A DNA stretch of 64,000 nucleotides from the human T2T-CHM13v2.0 reference genome, Homo sapiens. Positions 54,428-64,000 of the stretch are shown here, one piece after another. The stretch's first letter is position 1; every line of letters begins with the position of its first letter. Location: assembly GCF_009914755.1 (NCBI RefSeq), contig NC_060930.1. One strand, given 5' to 3'. A program made the translations under genes and the position numbers. Below the pieces are notes generated by a model, which made no database searches, was not told where the DNA came from, and was given only the letters and a program-made list of their open reading frames with translations.

Positions 54428-56173
54428 CAAGTGAACAAATATGTGGGTGGTTTCATCCTAAGTGGTGAAATGATTCCCAGATGCAAAGAGAGTTGGCCCA
54501 CCTCTAATTCTGTTCCAGGAGTCATGGCAGGGGCACATCTGGTTACCAGTATACCAGACTCTGTCTCCTGCACTGCTGTTAGTATGTGCCCACACTGGGC
54601 TTGTGTTGGACAGGCTCCACTCTCACGCTCTTCCCATGCACCTGTCCTGATCCCTGTTCATGTGTGCCTATGCATGCACACACACTCAACAGTGACATTT
54701 TCTCCTTTATTTTTCCTTTCCTTGCTCTGTCTTTCCTCTCTTTTATTTTTCCTCTTTCTTCTCTTCACTCTCTTTATTCTTCTCTAACCTGTATAGTGAA
54801 TCAACCAATGAATCTTTCCCAGTTCATATGAAAAGCCTTTTTATCTGGATGCAAAGCCTGAGGAAAAAAAAAAATCTACTCAATATTTGTGTTTTTATAC
54901 CTAAGACTTGAGCCTGAAGAGAAGGAATTAAGCTTGATAGAGTGATACTCAGGTCAAAGAAATATGCAAACTTAACTTTTCCTGTTGCCCTGTACCTAAA
55001 GTCACAAACACACACAAATACATGCCCCCTCACATGCAAATATATGTGCACATATATATATCTCATGTTACGGAGATAGATTTTGTCCAGCCACTGGGCT
55101 GCTTCCTTCAGCATAATAAACATATTATCTGTGGTGAAAGACCACTGGAAAACATCATAAAGAATTAAACATATATGTGTGTGTATGTACAAATTCACAT
55201 CTGATTTAAAGAGACACACAATGTATTCTGACAAATTCCCTAAATGTACCCCGAATGCCTCCCACTCTGCTTTTTCAGGACACCAATGGACAGTTGTTCC
55301 CTTTGTTTTCTGTGACCTTCAGCTACCTTCTTCCTTGGCCCATTCTCCTCAGTTATGCAAATATGCATTAAAATGCACAAATGGTCTCAAAGTCTTCCCT
55401 TAGTTCCTCTCATTTTTCTCCTCTTCTGAATCATTAATTAACATATTCAGTATATAGTTTATAATTACTGACTTTATTTTTTCTTTATCAACCTATTTCC
55501 TGGTAGCTTCCACTCCTATCACTCCACTGAGGCCCTTTTCAAAAGACTCATGTGTAATCTCCTAACTGCCGTGTCTCACATTTCTATTTTTATGCTTTAT
55601 AGCATTAAATGCCTAGAATAATTCAACGAGTTTGACAATCAACACCTTCATATTTATTAAAATATCATTGAATTTTATGGATTATAATACAAGCTCATTT
55701 GTAGAAATAAACTGGATTTAATTACCATAATTATTATAATATCACCATACTCCAAATCAGTAATTTTGACTTTTTTCTAGGAACATTTATTTACATGGGA
55801 TTATGATTCTTATATTTTTATATTCATTCCTATTAAATTATATTGTTAGATTTCCAGATATAATTATATGTTCTATAAAAATATTTTACTATTTATATAT
55901 TATTTTATCATATATATTAACCATGACTTGTATAGTCACTCCCCTCTATTGGGACATTTAGTTTGTTCTTATCATAACACATTGTGCTATGAGAAAATCT
56001 TTGTGCATAATATTTAGTTAAAACTCTAATCATTTATTCCCAGTAGTGGACTTACAATGTGAAAGGATGCATTTTAATGATATTCAAATCTATGCTATAT
56101 TTCTGAGAAAGGTTATCTAATATGTATTTCTTCCAGAAGTGCAAGAAAATGTTCTTCTTACCAGATACATAGA

Positions 56174-58550
56174 TGTATTAGGCCATTCTTGCATTGCTAT
56201 AAAGAAAAACCTGCGACTGGGTAATTTATATAAAAGAGATTTAATTGGCTCATGGCTCTGCAGGCTGTACAGGAAGCATAGTACTGGCATCTGCTTCTGG
56301 TGAGACCTCAGAAAACTTACAGTCTTAATGGAACGTGAAGGGGGAGCAAGTGTCTCATACGGCAGAGAGGGAACAAGAGAGAGAGTTGGGCGGGAGAGGG
56401 CCACATTTTACAACAACCAGGTCTCATGATAACCCACTTGCTATCATGAGGAAAGCACCAAGACATGAGAGAGCTGCCAGCACGACCCAAACACCTCCCA
56501 CCAGGCCCCACCTCCAAAACTGGGTATTATAATTCAAGATGAGATTTGATGGGCACATATATCCAAACTATACCATTTTGTCCTTCCCCTTTCAATCTTA
56601 GGTCCTTCCCACATTGCAAAACACAATCATGCTTTCCCAACAATCCCTCAAAATCTTAATTCATTCCAGCATTAACTCCAAAGTGCAAAGTCTCATCTGA
56701 AAGACGGCAAGTACCTTCCACCTATAAGCCTGTAAAATCAAAGGCAAGTTATTTATTTCCAGGACAAAATGTAGGTATAGACACTGAGTAAATATTCCTG
56801 TTCCAAAAGGGAGAAATCTGCCAAAGGAAAGGGTGTATAGGCCCCACAAAAGTTTGAGACCCAGAAGGGTAGTAATTAAATCTTAAAGCTACAAAATAAT
56901 CTCCTTCGACTCCATATCCTACATTCAGGGCACATTGGTGCAAAAGGTCAGCTCCCAAAACCTTGAGCAGCTCCATCTCTGTGGCTTTTCCATGCTGAGC
57001 TTGTAAGCTGCTGGGGGCTCTCTACTATTCTGTGGTGTGGAAGGTGGTGGACCCTTTCTAACATCTCCAATAGGCAGAGCTCCATGGGGGATTCTGTGTG
57101 GGGGCTCCAACTCCACATTTCTCCTTGGCAGTGCCCTGATAGAGGTTCTCTACAAGGGCTCTGTCCTTGCAGTAGGCTTCTTCCTGGGCACTCAGGGTTT
57201 TTCACACATTCTCTGAAATCTAGGTAGAGGCTTCCAACCCTTCACTCCTGCACTCTGCATGCCTGTAGGCTTAATACCACATGGAAGCTATCAAAGGCTT
57301 ACATCTTGCACCCTGTCAAGTGACAGCCTGAACTGTATCTGGGGCCCTATGAGCTGAGGCTGGAGCTGGAAAGGTCTAGATGTAAGGAGCAGCCTCCTGG
57401 AGTGGTGCAGGGCAGTGGCACCCCAGGCCTGATTCTTGAATCCATTCAATCATCTTGGGCCTCTGGGCCTGTGATGAGAAAAGCTGCCTGGAAGATCTCT
57501 GAAATGCCTTCAAGGCCTTTTTCCCATTGTCTTGGCTATCAGCACCTGGCTCATTTTTAGTTATGCAGATCTCTCTAGCAAGTGGTTGCTCCATAGCCTG
57601 CTTGAATTTCTTTTCCAAAAAAGCTTTATCTTTCTCTGCCACATGGCCAGGCTGCAAATAATCCAAAGTTTTATGCTTTCCTTTTTGTTTAAATGTAAAT
57701 TCCAACTTTCAGTCATTATTTGCTCTAACACCTGAGTGTAAGCCATTAGAAGCAGCCAGGCCACATATTGAAAGCTTTGCTGCTTAGAAATTATGTCCAC
57801 TAGATACTGTAAGACATCATTCTCACGTCCAACCTTCCACAGATACCTATGGCATGAACACAATGCATCCAAGCTTTTTGCTAAGGCATAACATGTGTGA
57901 CTTTTGCTCTAGTTCCTAATAAGTTCCTCATTTCTATCTGAACACTCATTAGCCTGGACTTTATAGTCCATATCTCTATCAACATTTTGATCACAACCAT
58001 TTTACCAGCCCCTAAGAAGTTCCAAACTTTTCCTTATCTTCCTGTCTTCTTCCAGAGCCCTCCATACTTTTTTTCAACCTCTGTCCATTACCCAGTTCCA
58101 AAGCGGCTTCCACATTTTCATGTATTTTTATAGGAATGCCCAATTCCTCTGTACCAATTTTCTCTGTTAGGCCATTGTTGCATTGCTATACATATATTTA
58201 AAAAAACCCTGAGACTGGAAAATTTATAAGAAAAGATATTTAATTGAGTCATGATTCTGCTGGTTATATAGAAAGCATCTGCTTCTAGGAAACTTATCAT
58301 CATGGTGGAAGGCAAAGAGGGAGCAGGTATCTCACATGGTAGTAGGGGAGCCAAGGGGAAAGGGAGGGGAGGAGGTGCCACACTTTACAACAACAAGATC
58401 TCATAAAGACTCACTCGCTATCACAAGGACAGCACCAAACCATGAGGGATCTGCTCCCATGACACAAACACCTCTCACCAGGCCCTACTTCCATTATTGA
58501 GGATAAAAATTCAACATGAGATTTGGCAGAGATATATCCAAACTATAGCA
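56174..58550 (-). mobile_element. Complete MST (MSTB-like) MaLR provirus: 5' LTR 58163-58550, internal 56576-58162, 3' LTR 56174-56575
   Basis: Two related LTRs (ttaggccatt(c/g)ttgcattgctata...atatatccaaactata(c/g)ca), about 1.6 kb internal region, perfect TSD ATAGA (56169-56173 and 58551-58555). Confidence 0.95.
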
Positions 58551-59070
58551 ATAGACATCCCTGTCAGCTTAAAAAATGCTAGTAAACATGAGGCCCTACA
58601 TATTGAGCTCTTTCTTTGATTTATAAGATAGCACTTGACTATTTTTGCCCCTTTCATTTTACTTTTCTTTCTTAATACAATGAGCCTATTGTCCCCTAGT
58701 GCTTGACCTGGATTTTTTCATAATTTTCCTCTATATCCATGTGTTATCTTATCCTAACCCAATGATTTAATTACAACCCACGTGTGGCCTACCTTCTTCC
58801 TTCATCATGACAGCCATATACTTGCACTCAGCTCTTGCTCATTCATTGACACATTCTAGAAAATTTATCTTCCACTAGTAGGCTGCATTTTCCTGTGGCA
58901 GCCATGCCCTATACAAAGAAGGCTACATCTTACACTGTGGGGCTCCTCTAAATTCCTTTCTTGCTCACTTTTCTTCAGCAGAGAGGTAGTAATTACCTTC
59001 TGCCCTTGAAATTATATTTTTTAATTATTTTAGTAACTTGTAACCTTTTAAATTAAAAATTCTTTACACT

Positions 59071-59359
<289 letters not shown>

Positions 59360-59739
59360 AAAAATTCTTTACACTAATTATCCTTCTTCAAATATCTGGT
59401 ATGATTTCTGTCTCTGACTGATACAGGAACTCTCTTATGACTGATGTTGATGTGGTATATATTTTCACTTTCAAACAATTCCTACATTTAGGGTACTTCT
59501 ACTTTTTGTTCACTTATGTAGTATTTGTTTCTCTTTTGAATTAGTTTATTTAGATTTATTTATATCCACCATTCTTTACAGATTTTAAAAGAAATATTAT
59601 TTTTAATGTATTTGGTGTTTTCTTATTAAGATTGTAGCAATAATCTTTGCTACATTCTCCATGTTATCTAGAAGTGGATCTTCTAACATCTTAACTGACC
59701 ACAGTGCTATGGGAATCCCTCTCAAAGCCAACCCCTCAT

Positions 59740-60200
59740 TTTTAGTCATAATATAAAACTTCATCATCTCTCAGTTTAATATTGTAGTAACTACTTAATT
59801 GGTTTATTTCTCATTCTCTACATAACTTAATCCACCACACTGCTGCCAAAATTATGTTTCTAGAAAGCAAATGTGATGATGTCACTCTTCCATTTGACAA
59901 CTTCTGACACTTCTTGCTGAGAGGATAGACTGCATCTAGCCTTTCACAACTCCACCAAATAACTCTCTTCACTCTCCCTAATCAGTTGCTTCCCACTAAG
60001 TAGTCCTATTACTTAACCACACAGATTTTTTCTGCATGTCCCAAATATACAATCCATTCCTGTGAGATCTTGTTCTTTTCAATCTTGACACTAGATTTTG
60101 CAAGGAAACCCTCCTCAGCTTGATAACAAATGTTGTTCCAATTTCATATTATCTCTGAATCTATCCTTGAGTACCTTTAGTGTATTTAACTTCTAACTGT
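59740..60200 (+). mobile_element. L2 fragment
   Basis: ccacactgctgccaaaatta...aaagcaaatgtgatgatgtcactc. Confidence 0.6.
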
Positions 60201-60235
60201 CCAACCATAATTTTTCAGATTTTAGCACTTTGATT

Positions 60236-60436
60236 CAGTGGTTCTCAAACTTTACCTTGCAGCGAAATCATCTGAAAGTTTTATTATAAATCAGTGAGCT
60301 GGGCCCCACCCCAGAGTTTCAAATTCCATAGATCTGGGGTAGTGCCAGATAATTTACATTTCAAACAAGTTTCTTGGTGATGCTACTACTGCTGGTCAGT
60401 GTTTTAAAAAATGGGACTGCATTTTTAAAAATACTG
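60236..60436. mobile_element. MER5A (hAT-Charlie) MITE
   Basis: cagtggttctcaaact...gctgggccccaccccagagtttc...aacaagtt...ggtgatgct. Confidence 0.85.
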
Positions 60437-61587
60437 ATCTAATGAATTTAGAAGACTCTTTCAATAGTTCAAGTAAAAGTTTACAGTAACTTCAATTAAA
60501 CAATTTGTGGAAGAATTGGAAAATCGCAACGGTTCCTATCTCATCAATTTTATTTAATTTTATTAAATGTATTTTATAAATTAACTGAATAAAAGAGTTG
60601 AGAATATGAATAAGGCCACAGTAAAAGAAGAAGAGCAAACCAAAGGCAGTTTCACTTTTCCAGCTATATGTCCCTGAAATATCTTCTTGTATCTAATCCT
60701 AATGATCTGTAACAATAAAAAAGAAAACAGTTTCAAAAGGAAATTTTAGTAAAGTTTATTTTCAGCAATTAAGCAGCTTCACTGTGCCACAAACCAAGAG
60801 TATTTTACAAATTGTTTCATCATCATGACTGTGTGAAGCCTTGTATGTAGGTATTGGGATAATTACATTGGTTGTCAGGAATATAAATGCTTTTCAGATA
60901 AAGCCAATTTATAGGTAGATTTCAGGGTCTGTCGCATTTCAGTTGCCTAGTGTGATTCTTTGAAAACCTCAGCTTATTAGGAAGGAATGGCCCTTGCCAT
61001 ATGTGCAGCATTAAGAACATCTGGAAACACCATCAAAGCAAGAAATTTTTTACTTTCCACTGGCATGAAGAAGCCATTGGAAATTTCACAGATGTTTGAA
61101 TCTCAGGATCCCTGGATAGTAGGAAATTGAAGCAGACTGCTGGCATTGACCAAGTGATTTCTCCTAGGAAATGCACCGCTACTCTATGGAGGAAAATGAG
61201 AAGTTGTTCCTAATGGGAATAAGTTCCTTGCTAAATAAAGTTATGACTGAATAATCTAATTTGTCATTGAATGTCATTGTAACATACACCAGGCTAAAAT
61301 CATTAGTGCGCCCACAGTGGTTTCAATTAGAATCACATGAACAATAAAATGTTAGTAAAACCCATGCATTTCTTGGGTTTAATGCAATTTGGCATTTATC
61401 TTGATGATTTGGGGCATTACTTTATGTTCCAGGAATCCTATATCCAATTTGTCATTCTATCAAAATCATAATTACTCATTCTACGTTCATCACAAACTTA
61501 GTAAAGCCATTTTAAACTTGATTATATAATGACAGGTTCTCATCTAGAATTTAAGGATCATGTGCATGACTCTTATGTTTACTAAGC

Positions 61588-61980
61588 AATGTTTCTAAAC
61601 TCCCTGGTAAAGATGCATCATATTGAAATCATTTGGGAATCTTTACCTATTTCGATTTTGCTAAAATACGTAAGGTCAGGACTCCATCCCTGATATTGGT
61701 AATTCCTCAGCTCTGCTCAGAGAAATTGGGGAATGCAGGGAAGATGGAATTAGCCATTTGCATGTAGAAATAGTTACTCAGGTGATTACGACAGTAGATT
61801 TAGTTAGAATCACCTGCTATAAATCCTCAGTACTAAAAGTGTGGTGCATAAACTAGCAGCATCTAAATCACCTGGAAACTTGCTAGAAATGCACATTCTC
61901 AGGCTCTGAAGCCTCATCTGCATTTTAAGGACAGGCCCAGGTGATCTGTTTTTACATGATATTTTCACATTAAACTACTG
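61588..61980. mobile_element. Two adjacent degenerate MER5-type MITEs
   Basis: caatgtttctaaact; aatcacctggaaacttgctagaaatgcacattctcaggc; cccaggtgatc. Confidence 0.6.
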
Positions 61981-62939
61981 CTGTAAGAAAAAATATTGTC
62001 TTTAATGTGAAGCTAATTGTTTCTCATCTTATTTCATTTTGGTCCCTGAAAGCTAAAGCCCTAAAGTTAAATAAAAATGAGAGCAATATTTATGAGGATT
62101 ATTAAAGTTTGTGGTACAAATGTTATATTTGCCATTGGACAAAAAGCCTTTGATGTTTAGAGAGCATAGTATTAGTGAGGCTACAAATTTTACCTCACAG
62201 TACGACTCAGAGAAATTCAGCTCCTTTGTCTGTTTCTTATCTACTGTACAGCACAATAAACATCTGCCAGGTTGAGGGAAAGAAAAAAATAGCTAATGAT
62301 CCAATATGAATTATAATTTATGCTTTATTAAGTTAAATCTATTAAGAGACTTTTTATTCTCCCTTGTCTAAATATGCTCAGCCCTTTTCAGAGCTTGGCC
62401 TCTCCTCATTCTTCTTTCCTTAGAAAGCATCCATTCCTTTTATGCTGCCTTGTAGATATCAGGAGGTGATGGGGTTCTTGACTGAAATTATTCTGCCTCT
62501 ACATGTGTCCCCAGGTCTCTGTATGTCTTTACCTCCTAAGTTATTTCCCCGGCTAGATTTCATGGTTAAAAGGTGAATAAAATTCAAATTATTTTCAGTT
62601 TTCTCAGAGTCCAGTAGCCTTCTTGGCTGCCTGAGATTCACCTCGGCTTTCCCTGATTACAATGTCTTTAATATGCCAATTATCTCCAAAGAATATTCTA
62701 TAGAGATACTGTTTTGACAGTGAGTTTAGTCAAGCAAAAACTATGAATAATATTATGCACTAAAAAAATGAAATCTATCAAATTTACTTTACAATGCTAG
62801 CAAAATCCTAACGTTAAAATTTAATCTACATAGCTTTAAAATCACAATCTCATTTCTGAATATTGATATTTAATAATATTTTATGTGATATTAAAATTTT
62901 CCATAAAATGTTAGTAAAGAAAGTTAAATATTATATTAG

Positions 62940-63750
62940 AAGTATTGCCCACCATGACCAAGTCGAGTGTATCCCAAGGAAGCAGTGCTGACTAACATCA
63001 GCAAAACTGTATACCTAAGAAGAAATCAATCCTAAGACAAATTACCCAATTAAAAATTTGGCAAAGGATCTGAATAGACATTTCTCTAAAAATGATTTAT
63101 AAATGATCAATAACAAATAAAAGGACACTAAACATTATTAGCCATCAGAGAAATGCAAATCAAAACCACAGAGAAATAACACTTCATACCTACTAATGTG
63201 GCCATAATAATATAGTTAGATAATAGCAAATATCAGTCAGGGTGAGAATAAATTAGTAATCTCATATACTTTTGGAGGAAATGTAAAAATGGTGCAGCAA
63301 CTTTGAAAAATAGTCTGACAGCTCCTCAGAAAGTTAAACATGTAGTTACATAACACAGCAATTCCGCTCCTAGGTATTTTATTCAAGAGAAATGAACACA
63401 GAAAAATTTGTACATAAATGTTCATAGCAACATCACTCATATTAGCCAAAATGTTGAAACAACTCAAATGTCTATCAAATGAATAGATTCAATAAAATAG
63501 TACATCCATAAGGTGGAATATTATTCGACAATCGGAATTAATGAAGCACAATACATGGCACAATATGAATGAACCTAGAAAACATCATATATTCCACAGC
63601 TCAATTTAAATGAAATGCCCAGATTAGGTCAATCTATAGAGACAGAAAATAGATTAGTGGTTACCTAGGGCTAGGAGGTGGGAAGAAGGGGGTTTGGGAT
63701 GAGGACATCTGGACGGAATAATGGGGAATGACTGTTAATAAGTACAGGGG

Positions 63751-63799
<49 letters not shown>

Positions 63800-63940
63800 A
63801 TGTTACAAAAAATTCTAAACTTAAACATCTAAAAATATTTGAAAATTAAAGCACTGTAAATAAACTAAAACCCATAAAATTGTACACTTTAAATAGGTGA
63901 ATTTTGTGGTTTGTGAATTATATGGCAAAAAAGCTTAAAC
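62940..63940 (+). mobile_element. Old L1 (L1MB/MC/ME1-type) 3' end with short RT remnant and internal microsatellite (63751-63800)
   Basis: ggcaaaggatctgaatagacatttctc; agagaaatgcaaatcaaaaccaca; ctatagagacagaaaatagattagtggtt. Confidence 0.85.
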
Positions 63941-64000
63941 ATTTACTTCAAGTTTAATGGAGAAAGTCTACATGAAAATTTCCATAGATTCTCAAAAGTC

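Noticed and set aside
54431-55403. 118-aa and 136-aa ORFs
   Set aside because: Low-complexity composition, no recognisable domain and no splice context.
56661-57872. Several 60-109 aa minus-strand ORFs
   Set aside because: They lie in the decayed MST internal region, broken across frames.

Overview
Primate (most likely human) AT-rich, CpG-poor intergenic or deep-intronic DNA. I find no supportable protein-coding gene, RNA gene, CRISPR array or other prokaryote-type system. A large part of the window is transposon relic. It holds a near full-length but dead L1PA5/6-type LINE-1 (12423-17460) missing about 1.1 kb of its RT core, several older L1M/L1PA fragments, eight Alus (most with visible TSDs), and a complete MST-type MaLR provirus (56174-58550, TSD ATAGA). 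It also holds solo LTRs (MER51-, LTR16-, MLT2A-, MST-, MER66-, MLT1-, THE1- and MER34-like), DNA-transposon remnants (MER2, Tigger4, MER8, MER5), MIR/L2 relics and many microsatellites. The only ORFs with recognisable homology are broken L1 ORF1/ORF2 pieces; the rest are Alu, LTR, microsatellite or chance readouts. The most interesting signals are small: recurrent fold-back/template-switch scars (10495, 11314-11610, 40023, 50984-51304), a 77-bp spaced duplication, internally deleted L1s, and a candidate 26-nt exon overlapping an ancient palindromic element at about 49.6 kb. Subfamily names come from my recall of consensus sequences, not from a search, and need RepeatMasker/Dfam confirmation. 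I cannot honestly claim a novel biological system here.
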